The notes under the pieces are model-generated. The model did not search any database. It worked only from the letters and a program-made list of their open reading frames with translations, and was not told where the DNA came from. This document shows, in pieces, positions 8,446 to 19,330 of a stretch of DNA of 64,000 nucleotides. The translations under genes and the position numbers were made by a program. The stretch lies in contig JAYZAY010000085.1 in the NCBI GenBank assembly GCA_036339465.1, positions 1 to 64,000 on the forward strand, read 5' to 3'. Source of the stretch: Myxococcota bacterium (GTDB lineage Bacteria > Myxococcota > XYA12-FULL-58-9 > JABJBS01). Numbering within the stretch: position 1 is the stretch's first letter; the number at the start of each line of letters is the position of its first letter.

Positions 8446-11400
8446 GTGTTTGGGCAATTCTTCATGGGCAGAAAAGACGCTTCAAATAGAGAGGGGAGCT
8501 CCTCTGATCCACCAAGTCATTTTGAAGGTCTGAATTCGTCCACATTGAGTTACGTCTTGAATGTACGTTATTCATCCAAAAATCTTCTCATTATCTCCCA
8601 TGATCGGGCTAGAGCCGAGGAAATCGCTGCCAATTGTCGAGGGTGGTTTGGAGATGGGGCTGTGGCCCTTCTGGTTCATGATGAACATACACATTACGAA
8701 GGTGTGGCACCTGATGGGGATTTAGTTGGTGCGCGTTACCGTTTACGGCGCCAATTTTTGGAGGGTGTGGGTCCCCAGGTGGTGGTGGCCACGGGACAAT
8801 TATTACTTCAGAAGTGGATGTCGACAGAAGGTTTCGTTCGTAGTACCAAAATACTCAAGCGGGGAACAAATCACAAAGTTCAAGAGTTGGCAGCGCATTT
8901 GGTTGCTTGTGGTTACCTGCGCTTATCTCAGGTAGATGATTCGGGGGCATTTGCGGTTTGTGGTAGTGTGGTGGACGTTTTTATCCCTGGCGACGACTAC
9001 CCAGTCCGGATTGATTTCTTTGGTGATGAAATCGAGCGGATTTTCTCTTTCCACCCAGACACCTTTCGCCCCATTCAACACCTCGAGAAACTTGAAGTTT
9101 TTCCAATTCGAGATGTTATTTTTGATGCACAGTCTCAAGCCTGTGCGGGTGATGCCTTAAAAATCTGGAGAGAAACGAGTGCGATACCGAGCCGGATTCT
9201 TCGGCAGATCGAGGAAGATATTCGAGCCGGGCACTATTTTTTTGGTGTGGAATCTCTTTGGCCTCTTTTTTATGAAGAGTCGGAGTCTTTATTAGAAACA
9301 ATTGCATCTAATTACTCTGTTGTCTTGGACCAGGCTTCGGCCACCGAAGACGTGATTCATTCGTTCTTCGAAAATGTGAGAGAACACGCAGATACTGCCG
9401 AATCATCGTTGCATCCGGCATTACCCGTGGAGAAATTCTATATTACCCCAGAGGATTTCTGGTCGGGTATTCAAGGTCGACTATTAGCGAAGAATCATCT
9501 CCTTTTGTTAGGAGAAATGCCTCCGATGGAGGAGAGACTACTCGATTTCAAAGACCTCGCCCATGAAATGGAGCTTCGGCGAAAGGATCCAAATCGGGGT
9601 GACATTCTCGGGCCGGTGGTTGATTGGATTCGAAACCACAGCACCCAATCAAAAGAATCAATTTTGCTCGCGTGTGAGCGCGAGAGCCAAGGTAAGAGAA
9701 TTCAAGCATTGTTAAGAGGACATGGGATCGATCTACCGATTTTATCCAAGCATCCAAATCTACTTCCTTCGAATAAGCATGTTATTCGCCCCGTTCGGGG
9801 CATTTGGTTGGCACCCCTCTCCCAGGGATTTTTTGACGAGATTCGTGGCGTCGCGATTTTTACTGAAAAGGAAATCTTGGGTGCTTTATCGGAGGGGCGA
9901 AGCCGCAAGACCCGGACTTCTCGAAAGAGTAACTATAAAGAAACGTTAAAAAATATTCGAAACCTTAGTTCCGGTGATGGCGTTATCCATGTGGAATATG
10001 GAATTGGTCGTTATTTGGGAATGGAGCGCATGAGAGTCGGGGGAATTGAAGAAGATTTCGTCCGTTTGGAATATGCGGGTGGGGACAAATTGATGGTACC
10101 GATGTACCACCTTAGCCAACTTCAAGAGTACCGTGGCTCTTCGGAACATGTGCGTTTAGACAAGCTGGGGGGAATGCGCTGGGAGAAAACGAAGCGGAAA
10201 GTTAAGGATGCTGTTTTACAGATTGCCCATGAGCTATTGCAGGTTCAGGCTTATCGCCAGAGTCAAAAAGGGTTCTCAATGGCTGGGCCCGATCACCATT
10301 TCAAAACTTTCGAGGCGGCTTTTCCTTTTGAAGAAACCCTAGACCAACTGAAAGCCATCGAGGCGTGTATTCTCGATCTCTCTAAAGAAACTCCAATGGA
10401 TAGGGTTGTTTGTGGTGATGTTGGTTTTGGTAAGACAGAAGTGGCTATCCGAGCAGCGTACTTGGCAGTATTGAATGGTTATCAAGTGGCAATTTTAGTG
10501 CCGACGACCGTCTTGGCCGAGCAGCACGGTAAAACCTTTTCAGAGCGTCTCGAACCTTTTGGGGTCACCGTAGAGGTGTTGAACCGTTTTCGGACGAAGA
10601 AAAAAGCGAACCAGATTCTAGAAAGGGCTCGTGAAGCGAAGTTGGATATTCTGGTTGGCACCCATCGCCTACTTTCGGCAGATGTCCATTATAAGAATTT
10701 GGGTTTGTTGATTGTGGACGAAGAACATCGATTTGGTGTGAAGCACAAAGAGCGAGTGAAGCAAATTCGCCAAAAAATAAATGTTTTAACGCTCACCGCG
10801 ACCCCAATCCCTCGAACTCTATACATGGCAACCTCCGGTGTGCGCGACCTCTCTGTGATACAAACTCCGCCAGTCGACCGTCTGGATGTGCAGACCTATG
10901 TACTCAGATTTGAAGAACAATTAATCAAGGACGCTATTGATAAAGAGTTATCTCGAGGGGGGCAGGTATTTTTCCTGCACAACAGAGTTGAAAGCATTGA
11001 ATCGATGGTTGGATTGCTCCAAGAACTGGTACCGGATGCACGTATTGGTGTTGGTCATGGACAAATGTCCGGATCTGCGTTGGAAAACGTTATGGTTCAA
11101 TTTGTTCGCCACGATTTGGATATTCTTGTCTGCACGACCATTATTGAAAGCGGAATCGATATTCCCAGGGCAAACACAATTTTTGTTCATCGCGCAGACC
11201 ATTTTGGCTTGAGTCAGCTACATCAGATTCGTGGTCGTATTGGTCGCAGTTCGATTCGAGGTTTCGCCTATTTTCTTTTACCAAGAGATGAACAGGTTAA
11301 TCCCGATGCAATGGATAGATTGATGGTGCTGAAGAGATACTCGGAACTGGGGTCCGGATACAATATATCTCTCCAGGACCTCGAGCTTCGTGGTGCCGGC

Positions 11401-11988
11401 GATTTATTGGGCAAGAATCAATCAGGCCATATTGCGGCGGTTGGATTTGAGCTCTACATGGAGCTCCTAAAACAAGCAGTTGAGCAAGCCCAGGGTAGAG
11501 AGAGCACTCTGGCTATCGAGCCGGAATTGAAGATCCCCTTCCCTGCATTCTTACCCGAGTCATATATAGAGCAGCCTTCTCACCGCTTTGAGTGGTATCA
11601 ACGTTTTTCCAGCGAAGTCTCCCCAGAAGGAATAGAATGCCTAAGGAATGATCTAAAGCAACTTCACGGTCCCCTTCCTTCGGAAGCAGAAAATGTGGTT
11701 TCTACAATGAAATTAAGACTCCACTTAAAACGGCTCGGGTGTAGTGCTCTATCGGTGGCTTTTGATGATTCGGAATTTAGATTAGGTTTGAGTTTTGTAC
11801 CGGAATCCCCAATCGATAGAATTAAATTGAGCACCTTACTCCATGAGCGCGCACCCCGTTGGACTTTGACTTCCACTGGAAAGCTGGCGATTCGCGAACC
11901 TTGGGTCAGGAAAACTCAGATAAAGCCCCTGGAACTCATTATTGATCTCGTTTCTGCTCTTCCCACACATCGTGGATTTAGGAGTTGA
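8446..11988 (+). CDS. mfd: Transcription-repair coupling factor
   Basis: UvrB-homology region, CarD-like RID (HVEYGIGRY), GDVGFGKT, DEEH, TATPIPRT, QIRGRIGR, TRG and TRCF domains. Start probably ATG 8464. Confidence 0.97.
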   Translation: MFGQFFMGRKDASNREGSSSDPPSHFEGLNSSTLSYVLNVRYSSKNLLIISHDRARAEEIAANCRGWFGDGAVALLVHDEHTHYEGVAPDGDLVGARYRLRRQFLEGVGPQVVVATGQLLLQKWMSTEGFVRSTKILKRGTNHKVQELAAHLVACGYLRLSQVDDSGAFAVCGSVVDVFIPGDDYPVRIDFFGDEIERIFSFHPDTFRPIQHLEKLEVFPIRDVIFDAQSQACAGDALKIWRETSAIPSRILRQIEEDIRAGHYFFGVESLWPLFYEESESLLETIASNYSVVLDQASATEDVIHSFFENVREHADTAESSLHPALPVEKFYITPEDFWSGIQGRLLAKNHLLLLGEMPPMEERLLDFKDLAHEMELRRKDPNRGDILGPVVDWIRNHSTQSKESILLACERESQGKRIQALLRGHGIDLPILSKHPNLLPSNKHVIRPVRGIWLAPLSQGFFDEIRGVAIFTEKEILGALSEGRSRKTRTSRKSNYKETLKNIRNLSSGDGVIHVEYGIGRYLGMERMRVGGIEEDFVRLEYAGGDKLMVPMYHLSQLQEYRGSSEHVRLDKLGGMRWEKTKRKVKDAVLQIAHELLQVQAYRQSQKGFSMAGPDHHFKTFEAAFPFEETLDQLKAIEACILDLSKETPMDRVVCGDVGFGKTEVAIRAAYLAVLNGYQVAILVPTTVLAEQHGKTFSERLEPFGVTVEVLNRFRTKKKANQILERAREAKLDILVGTHRLLSADVHYKNLGLLIVDEEHRFGVKHKERVKQIRQKINVLTLTATPIPRTLYMATSGVRDLSVIQTPPVDRLDVQTYVLRFEEQLIKDAIDKELSRGGQVFFLHNRVESIESMVGLLQELVPDARIGVGHGQMSGSALENVMVQFVRHDLDILVCTTIIESGIDIPRANTIFVHRADHFGLSQLHQIRGRIGRSSIRGFAYFLLPRDEQVNPDAMDRLMVLKRYSELGSGYNISLQDLELRGAGDLLGKNQSGHIAAVGFELYMELLKQAVEQAQGRESTLAIEPELKIPFPAFLPESYIEQPSHRFEWYQRFSSEVSPEGIECLRNDLKQLHGPLPSEAENVVSTMKLRLHLKRLGCSALSVAFDDSEFRLGLSFVPESPIDRIKLSTLLHERAPRWTLTSTGKLAIREPWVRKTQIKPLELIIDLVSALPTHRGFRS

Positions 11989-12078
11989 ACTACACACACC
12001 TTGAACGCTGATTTTATTGCATTTTTGAATGAAATGAGCGATAAGGACTCAGCGTTGCGTGGAGGTAAAGCAATAATC

Positions 12079-15000
12079 ATGCCTGATATTTTTCCTACAC
12101 TTCAAGTTCCCTTTTTTGGTCGCGAAGACATCATTAGCCGCTACCGAGCGCGCGTGGACCATTTCGGTGCCTCATTTTTGGTCGGTTTAGAGGGGGCAGG
12201 TAAGACTTCCCTCCTTTTAAAACTGGCCCCAGAGGTGAAGCGCCTTGGGATTGAAAAAGCCGTTTACCTTTCCGTTTGCCCGGCAGAGTCCATTTCTTCC
12301 ATTCTGGGTCGAGTCGAAGCGAGAGTGTTAGCCAGATCTGGTCAGGCGGCGGAAGTTCAATCCGAAGCATTGCGCCGATTGGTGGATTTACTTGATTCAG
12401 CGGGCGTTTTATTGATTCTTGATGACCTCCATAATCTTAAGGGGGATGATTTAACGAGTTTAGTACGAACCCTCAAAACATGTCCGGGCAATTATCGAAT
12501 TTTGGCTGCGATGCAGCAGGAGCCAGAGATTGCTGCTATGGACAAGACTTCAATTCATATCGAATTGATTCGTCCCATGAAGGTCGAGACGGTTAAAGAA
12601 TTTGCGACTGCTTTAGGCTTGTCTGAGTTACAAATTCAAGCCGTTTGCGACGATGCAAGCCGCCAAGGGAGCTCCAGCAATCCACTGGCTTTGGTTATTC
12701 TGTCTTCGATCGCTCAAGGCAAGGTTCCTGATGAGGATTTTCTTCGAGGGCTCTCGGCGCGCTCTGTCCAGAGTTTCCACAGTCTTTGGCACTTTGCTCG
12801 GCCGAATTTACAGGAAGAAACTCGGCGCGTTTTGGCCGCAATTGTCCAAATCGGACACCCGGTTCAGACCGAAATTCTTAAATCTGTATTTGGTTCTGAA
12901 TTTGTCGAAAGTCTCATTCAGAGACGATTAATATTTGTGGCTGAGGGGCGGGCCTATGTTCATCGGATTATTGGGAAGCTGGCCCAAGAGGAACCCATTG
13001 AGTTTAGTTCGAGTGTGGCTAAGAAAATTTCAGATTCCCTAAAAAAGGATGCAATTGAATTAGCAGAGCCCATGGGTATTATTTGTTCGGGGGAACTTAT
13101 GGCCCACAGCGGCCGAGCTGAAGATGCGGTTGCTATTCTTGCATCTGGCTGGGAAGCTGTTCGTGATTTTGGGTTTTTGCAGGCGTATTTAAAATCGCTT
13201 GCTTCCATGCCAGTGGAGGCCTCTCACGCGACTCGTCTCAAAGTTTTGTCAGCTCGGGCGCGGATGCGCCAAGGAAACCCATCGTCTTTTACGGAGGAGT
13301 TTACTCGGTTAGCCGAATCGGATGACCAATGGACGAGGAGCAGAGCTTTGGCTTCCCTTGTTTATATTCAAGGCTCCCAACGTAACTACGCCGAAGTGGT
13401 AAAAAGCTTCATTGAACTTCGCAAAGTCTGTGATGAACCAGATATTCTCATTGAATCAGGAACATTGGCCGCGAATAGCTTAATGCGGCTCCAAGACGTA
13501 AAAGAGGCCGAGAAATTGGCCCTAGAATTGCTCGAGCTCCTTGAGGAAACTTCGCTCTATGAGAAACGCGGGGACATGCATCGACTGGTATCTCGAGTTT
13601 GCGCAGAAGCAGGTCGCTTAAATGATGCGCTAAGCCAAGCGGCCTCTGCCGCGGCAAACTATGAGAAGTCCGGTGATCTTTACCATGCTGCTGCCGCGCA
13701 TGGTTATATCGGTGATCTTTTACGCGAACGCGGTGACTTTGAAGAAGCCAAGGAGTCCTTTGTCAAGTTCAAATACCTTGCGACCAAGTGGGGCGATAGG
13801 AATTTGGTGCAGATTGCAGAATTGGCAGATGCGTGGGTGTCTTTGGATATTGGGGATTTACCCCATGCTGCCAGGCTGATTGCAGAGGTGGAAAAAACGA
13901 AGGGAGGAGCCCCAAGTCGCAGATTAAAACGCTATCTTGCGGCGGCGCAAATTACACTTGAGGCGGGAAGAGGAAAACACCGCGAGGTGTGCGAGGGGAT
14001 TGGCCGAGTTGTGGAGATGTGGACCTCTGCGGGCCAGCAAAATATTGCAGATATATTGCGGGCACAATGGGTTCGCTCGTTGGTGGTGATTGGGAAGGTG
14101 GAGAAGGCCCAAGAAATCGCTGATGCAGCCATGGCGCGCCTTGACCCGAAAATTTCAGGACCGAAAGTTGCTGTGTTCAAGCGTGAAAGCGCGCTTATTA
14201 AATTACGACAAGGCCAAACCAATGAGGCGCTTGAGGAATTGTCGGCGGCGAGGGCACTTTTTAATGAAGGTGGAAATCGCAGGGAAGAAGTACTTACCTT
14301 ACATCGATTATCCCATGCAGCGCTGGACCTTGGTGACTTAGAACTCGCGACGAAGCATTCCGACGAAGTGTTGAATCTTGCCAACGAAATCAAGCATGAA
14401 CGAGCCATCGCACTTGCCTATGAGCTAAAGGCTCGTTTGTCTCTCTATTCTCACCAAACAGAAGAAGCTGCGGAGTATGCGAAAAACTCGATGCAAGGCC
14501 TTCGAAAACTCGGAGATGACCTAGGGACACTTCATGTTTCTGAATTGTTGCTTCGTTCTCTGATTGCGAGCGGCGATTTGGGGACAGCGATTAAATTTGG
14601 ACCCAAAATTGGTGCACATGCGGAACGTTTGGGTATTCGGGAAGTGAGAATTCGGGCCATTGTTTTGACTGGGGTTGCTTTGTACCGCCGCGGTAATTTT
14701 GAAGCGGCTTCGAGGTGCTTCAGAGAAGTCCCTCTCGGGGTTGTGAGTCCAATTACAGGGGCTTTTATGTGGCGTCTTGGGGAGGCCATCGAGAACTGGC
14801 GAAAGAACAACAAGCGCCGGGAATTAAGTCACACCAATTGGGTTTCGGAATTGAAAAGACTGCCTAAATGCCAGCAACCTCTTGGGATTATTGCCATTCA
14901 ACAACTTTGTTTGCCTCCTCGAGAAATGGGGGTTCTTCAGCATTCGACGGGTGAAAAGCGACTGAATACCGAAGCAATTTCTTGTCTTCATAAAGAGAAT

Positions 15001-15507
15001 TTTGAGATTTTCATTGATTATATTGCTCAGAAAGTGTTGGGAAAAGACTCTGCCTCAGGCTCTCTTTCAGAAGAAGAAAATACCCTCCTACATTGGTTGC
15101 ATCGAAATCTGAATCACGTGGTGCCGTATAAAGATCTTGAGAGTGATTTAGATTTTCAAGAATCTGAAGGCGGCGGTGTTGTTCAATCTATTGCAGCAAG
15201 TCTTAATGAAAAATTAAATGGACTGAAGGCGATTAAGATTACAGAAACGAAAACAGGTTTAAAACTGAAATTACCTAAGAACTCGGCAGGCATTGTTCCC
15301 ATAAGGCTTTTCGACAGCAGTCTGACGCAGGACTCCTTGAGTATTATTGGCTATCTGAAGGATGTTAGCAGTGCAGGAATTAAGAATTTACAGGAACACC
15401 TCACTTTGAGTCGCACCGCATTGCGTCGAGAATTGGACCTCTTAGTTCGGGTTGGTTACGTTGAAGTAAGCCGTGAAGGGCGAACTCAAGTTTACCGAGT
15501 TCCCTGA
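12079..15507 (+). CDS. STAND-type ATPase with TPR repeats and C-terminal winged-helix domains (MalT-like regulator)
   Basis: FFGRE, Walker A GLEGAGKT, Walker B LLILDD, NPLAL (GxPLAL-like), about 550 aa of TPR-like helices, then OmpR-like and ArsR-like wHTH segments. Start at ATG 12079 inferred from GGAGG. Confidence 0.8.
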   Translation: MPDIFPTLQVPFFGREDIISRYRARVDHFGASFLVGLEGAGKTSLLLKLAPEVKRLGIEKAVYLSVCPAESISSILGRVEARVLARSGQAAEVQSEALRRLVDLLDSAGVLLILDDLHNLKGDDLTSLVRTLKTCPGNYRILAAMQQEPEIAAMDKTSIHIELIRPMKVETVKEFATALGLSELQIQAVCDDASRQGSSSNPLALVILSSIAQGKVPDEDFLRGLSARSVQSFHSLWHFARPNLQEETRRVLAAIVQIGHPVQTEILKSVFGSEFVESLIQRRLIFVAEGRAYVHRIIGKLAQEEPIEFSSSVAKKISDSLKKDAIELAEPMGIICSGELMAHSGRAEDAVAILASGWEAVRDFGFLQAYLKSLASMPVEASHATRLKVLSARARMRQGNPSSFTEEFTRLAESDDQWTRSRALASLVYIQGSQRNYAEVVKSFIELRKVCDEPDILIESGTLAANSLMRLQDVKEAEKLALELLELLEETSLYEKRGDMHRLVSRVCAEAGRLNDALSQAASAAANYEKSGDLYHAAAAHGYIGDLLRERGDFEEAKESFVKFKYLATKWGDRNLVQIAELADAWVSLDIGDLPHAARLIAEVEKTKGGAPSRRLKRYLAAAQITLEAGRGKHREVCEGIGRVVEMWTSAGQQNIADILRAQWVRSLVVIGKVEKAQEIADAAMARLDPKISGPKVAVFKRESALIKLRQGQTNEALEELSAARALFNEGGNRREEVLTLHRLSHAALDLGDLELATKHSDEVLNLANEIKHERAIALAYELKARLSLYSHQTEEAAEYAKNSMQGLRKLGDDLGTLHVSELLLRSLIASGDLGTAIKFGPKIGAHAERLGIREVRIRAIVLTGVALYRRGNFEAASRCFREVPLGVVSPITGAFMWRLGEAIENWRKNNKRRELSHTNWVSELKRLPKCQQPLGIIAIQQLCLPPREMGVLQHSTGEKRLNTEAISCLHKENFEIFIDYIAQKVLGKDSASGSLSEEENTLLHWLHRNLNHVVPYKDLESDLDFQESEGGGVVQSIAASLNEKLNGLKAIKITETKTGLKLKLPKNSAGIVPIRLFDSSLTQDSLSIIGYLKDVSSAGIKNLQEHLTLSRTALRRELDLLVRVGYVEVSREGRTQVYRVP

Positions 15508-15608
15508 TTAATAATGTAGAATCGTTGACTCGACGGACACTCCATTTTAGACAGCCATTGAACACTCTTTAGAGTCACCATCGGTTCCTCATGAAATGGA
15601 GTCTAAGA

Positions 15609-17147
15609 ATGGATGTACAGAAGCTAGCGGAATTAACTGCTACTGCGGAGGTCGGTGGTGGACCTGAGCGCCTGGCAAAGCAACATGCGCAAGGTAAGCT
15701 TTCTGCTCGTGAACGCGTTGAAGCTCTTTTGGATCCCGGAAGCTTTATCGAAACCGACAAATTAAAAACCCATCGCTGCACCGATTTTGACATGACTTCG
15801 AGCAGACCTCCCGGTGATGGTGTAGTGACAGGCTACGGTAATATTGACGGACGACTTGTATTTATCTATGCCCAAGATTTCACCGTTTTTGGTGGCTCAT
15901 TATCCGGAGCACATGCAGAAAAGATCTGTAAGATCATGGATCGAGCGATGGAAGTTGGCGCACCCGTCATTGGATTGGCCGATTCAGGTGGCGCCCGAAT
16001 TCAAGAAGGAGTTATGTCACTTGCTGGCTACGCCGATATCTTTTTGAGAAATGTACAGGCATCGGGTGTCGTCCCCCAAATTTCCTGTATTATGGGGCCT
16101 TGTGCGGGTGGGGCAGTTTATTCTCCGGCAATTACAGATTTTACCTTGATGGTAGATAAAACCAGCTACATGTTCATTACCGGTCCGGATGTGATCAAGA
16201 CCGTTACACATGAAGATGTATCCAAAGAGGAGCTCGGCGGGGCCCGCGCCCACAACTCAAAAAGTGGCGTCGCGCACTTTCTATCACCTGACGATGCCCA
16301 TGCGCTTGAGACTATCCGGACTCTTTTGTCCTATATTCCAAGTAATAATGCGGAGGACGCACCGCTCTATCGTGCTGATGATAAGTTGGATAGGCTCATA
16401 CCTGAGCTGAACGATTTCGTTCCAGATAATCCGAACAAACCCTATGATATCATAAATCTGATCAAGTTGGTTGTGGACGCCGATTCGTTCTTCGAGATTC
16501 AGGAGCATTACGCAACCAACATCGTGGTCGGTTTTTCTCGACTTGGTGGAAAAGCTGTCGGGATTGTGGCGAATCAGCCCACCTCGCTTGCGGGATGTTT
16601 GGATATCAATGCTTCGATCAAGGCAGCCCGCTTTGTTCGTTTTTGCGATGCGTTTAATATCCCTTTGATTACTTTGGTGGATGTACCTGGCTTTCTTCCG
16701 GGTACGGAGCAAGAGCATGGAGGAATTATAAAGCATGGGGCCAAGCTACTCTACGCTTTTGCTGAGGCCACAGTTCCGAAGATTACCGTGATAACGCGTA
16801 AGGCATATGGCGGCGCATATGATGTTATGGCGTCCAAACATATACGAGCGGATGTCAACTTAGCTTTTCCTTCCGCAGAGATTGCGGTAATGGGCCCCGA
16901 TGGCGCGGTCAATATTATTTATCGTCGGCAGTTGGTAAATTCGGACAATCCCGATGAGCTTCGCCAAAAACTAACATCCGATTATCGTGAGAAATTTGCA
17001 AATCCAGTTCGTGCAGCTGAACTTGGATATATCGATGAAGTGATTGTCCCTGAAACTTTACGCTGTCGTTTAATTCGCTCACTCAGTATGCTCAGCAATA
17101 AGAGACAGTCTAATCCCCCGAAAAAACATGGAAATATTCCTCTCTAA
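15609..17147 (+). CDS. pccB: Acyl-CoA (propionyl-CoA-type) carboxylase, carboxyltransferase beta subunit
   Basis: [47 protein letters not shown]-terminus. Confidence 0.93.
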   Translation: MDVQKLAELTATAEVGGGPERLAKQHAQGKLSARERVEALLDPGSFIETDKLKTHRCTDFDMTSSRPPGDGVVTGYGNIDGRLVFIYAQDFTVFGGSLSGAHAEKICKIMDRAMEVGAPVIGLADSGGARIQEGVMSLAGYADIFLRNVQASGVVPQISCIMGPCAGGAVYSPAITDFTLMVDKTSYMFITGPDVIKTVTHEDVSKEELGGARAHNSKSGVAHFLSPDDAHALETIRTLLSYIPSNNAEDAPLYRADDKLDRLIPELNDFVPDNPNKPYDIINLIKLVVDADSFFEIQEHYATNIVVGFSRLGGKAVGIVANQPTSLAGCLDINASIKAARFVRFCDAFNIPLITLVDVPGFLPGTEQEHGGIIKHGAKLLYAFAEATVPKITVITRKAYGGAYDVMASKHIRADVNLAFPSAEIAVMGPDGAVNIIYRRQLVNSDNPDELRQKLTSDYREKFANPVRAAELGYIDEVIVPETLRCRLIRSLSMLSNKRQSNPPKKHGNIPL

Positions 17148-17153
17148 ATTGTC

Positions 17154-18671
17154 ATGGAAAAAAAAATTTTCAAAAAAGTATTGGTGGCGAACCGAGGTGA
17201 GATAGCGGTTCGTGTTATGAGAACCCTCCGCGAGATGGGTATTAGTCCTGTAGCGATCTATTCCGAAGCAGACCGAATTTCTCCTCATGTTCGCTGGGCT
17301 GACCAGGCATATTGCGTTGGGGCACCACCTTCTTCAGAATCCTATTTGCGGTATGAGAAAGTTTTAGAGATTGCCAAGGTAGCAAAGGTTGACGCTATTC
17401 ACCCAGGCTACGGTTTTCTTTCTGAGAATGCTGCATTTGTGGAAGCTGTTTCTAAGGCAGGGATTGAATTTATTGGGCCGTCAGCAAAAGCGATGCGGGT
17501 TATGGGCTCTAAGACAGCAGCCAGAGACGCGATGGAAGCCGCTGGAGTGCCTTGTGTTCCGGGCAGTGATGGTCCGGTGCAGACTGAGACCGATGCTTTG
17601 AAAATTGCAGAAGCAATTGGCTACCCCGTGATGCTCAAAGCTTCCGCCGGTGGCGGTGGTAAAGGAATGCGGTTGGTTGAGGATTCTTCCCAGCTCAGTG
17701 GTGCTTTTCGCGGAGCCAGTTCTGAGGCAGCAAATGCTTTTGGTGATGCAACGGTGTATTTGGAAAAAGCAATTGTTCAACCAAGGCATATTGAAATTCA
17801 AATTCTTGGTGGTCCAGATGGAAAGAGTATTTGGCTCGGTGAGCGGGAATGTTCGATGCAGAGGCGACACCAAAAAGTAATCGAAGAAACCCCCTCGGTT
17901 TTACTGGATGATGATTTGCTCAAAAGAATGGGCGAAGTTGCCTGTCGGGCTGCGGATGCTGTTTCCTATGTTGGCGCAGGCACGGTTGAGTTTCTGGTTG
18001 ATCGAGATAGGAAGTTTTATTTCTTGGAGATGAATACGCGTCTTCAGGTTGAACACCCAGTTACTGAGTTATGTTGTGGAATCGACCTGGTAGAGTCGCA
18101 AGTTCAAGTCGCGCAAGGTGAAGCACTTCCTTGGACTCAAGATGAGATTAGGCGAAGAGGCCATGCCATTGAGGCTCGTATCTATGCTGAAGATCCCACC
18201 CAGAATTTTATGCCGTCTCCTGGACTTATCCAGGAACTGGTACTTCCAAACTGGCCGGGGCTTCGGGTAGATTGTGGGGTGAGCCAGGGTTACGAGGTTT
18301 CGATGTTTTACGATCCCATGATTGCTAAGGTCATTGCCTGGGGGAGAGACCGTGAACAAGCGCGAACACGTCTATCGGGGGCGCTTCAGCAAACTGCGGT
18401 AAAAGGAATTACGACGAACACGGTGTTCCTGAGGGGGCTTTTGGAGTCCGATTCCTTTATTCGTGGGGATTATCATACAGGAAGCATTGCTGAGATAATG
18501 TCTGCTCAGACCGATACTCCCGCCAAATATCAAAGAGTTGCCGTGGTTGCAGCGGCCTTAAATCGTTATCGCCGGGAGAGAAGTGCTGTCACGCGAATCA
18601 TTGGTGATGATGCTCGTGGCGATAGCCAAACGGAGTGGAAGGCTCGTGCGTGGCGGCGGGGGGGCTTCTAA
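17154..18671 (+). CDS. accC: Biotin carboxylase subunit
   Basis: KVLVANRGEIA, HPGYGFLSEN, GGGGKGMR, ERECSMQRRHQK, EMNTRLQVEHPVTE, YDPMIAK. Confidence 0.93.
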   Translation: MEKKIFKKVLVANRGEIAVRVMRTLREMGISPVAIYSEADRISPHVRWADQAYCVGAPPSSESYLRYEKVLEIAKVAKVDAIHPGYGFLSENAAFVEAVSKAGIEFIGPSAKAMRVMGSKTAARDAMEAAGVPCVPGSDGPVQTETDALKIAEAIGYPVMLKASAGGGGKGMRLVEDSSQLSGAFRGASSEAANAFGDATVYLEKAIVQPRHIEIQILGGPDGKSIWLGERECSMQRRHQKVIEETPSVLLDDDLLKRMGEVACRAADAVSYVGAGTVEFLVDRDRKFYFLEMNTRLQVEHPVTELCCGIDLVESQVQVAQGEALPWTQDEIRRRGHAIEARIYAEDPTQNFMPSPGLIQELVLPNWPGLRVDCGVSQGYEVSMFYDPMIAKVIAWGRDREQARTRLSGALQQTAVKGITTNTVFLRGLLESDSFIRGDYHTGSIAEIMSAQTDTPAKYQRVAVVAAALNRYRRERSAVTRIIGDDARGDSQTEWKARAWRRGGF

Positions 18672-19195
18672 TGCAATATGTCGCTTTTGTGGACGGTGAG
18701 GAACTGCAAATTGAGGTTCGTGAGTTGGATAGCGACCGCTATCTTGTGGATTTTGGCGAAGGTTCCATGGAAATCAGTGCCCGTGTGTTGGGCGATACTT
18801 CTTTATCCTTGATTATCGACCATGAAGTCTACGATGTAGAGTCGGAATTGAAACTCGGTGGGGCTGAAAATCTTTTGGTGCGGGGAAACCTGCACCAGGT
18901 TGAGGTTTTGGATTTACGAAAAGTACGATTGAGACAGGCGAAGCAACAGGCAGGTCTCACCAGCGGTCCAGCTGAAATTGTGAGTCCCATGCCTGGTAAA
19001 GTAGTATCGATTCTGGCCCCGGAGGGCACAGCAGTAAAGATCGGCGATGGTGTTATGGTGGTCGAAGCGATGAAAATGGAAAACGAATTGAAGGCGCCGC
19101 GGGATGGTATCGTGAGGAAGATGAGCTGCTCTGAGGGAGATGCGGTTGAGGCAGGCGTTGTTCTTTGTATTATTGAGAAAGTTGAGCACGATTAA
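18671..19195 (+). CDS. Biotin carboxyl carrier protein
   Basis: SPMPGKV and the EAMKMENE biotinylation motif. ATG 18671 overlaps the upstream TAA (TAATG). Confidence 0.92.
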   Translation: MQYVAFVDGEELQIEVRELDSDRYLVDFGEGSMEISARVLGDTSLSLIIDHEVYDVESELKLGGAENLLVRGNLHQVEVLDLRKVRLRQAKQQAGLTSGPAEIVSPMPGKVVSILAPEGTAVKIGDGVMVVEAMKMENELKAPRDGIVRKMSCSEGDAVEAGVVLCIIEKVEHD

Positions 19196-19330
19196 CGTTG
19201 GTTCTCGGTACAATGCACATTTTTTGTCCCGTTTTCTCAGGGTGATTGTTTGATTACCGAAGAATTTTACATCACAGTACTTCGTCTTTAAACTTGGGAA
19301 GTCACCTGCTTCAGGTGGGAGGAGAAAAGT

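Noticed and set aside
12079..15507. STAND protein as an Avs-type anti-phage system
   Set aside because: No N-terminal nuclease, SIR2 or protease effector; it has C-terminal HTHs and no defence-island context.
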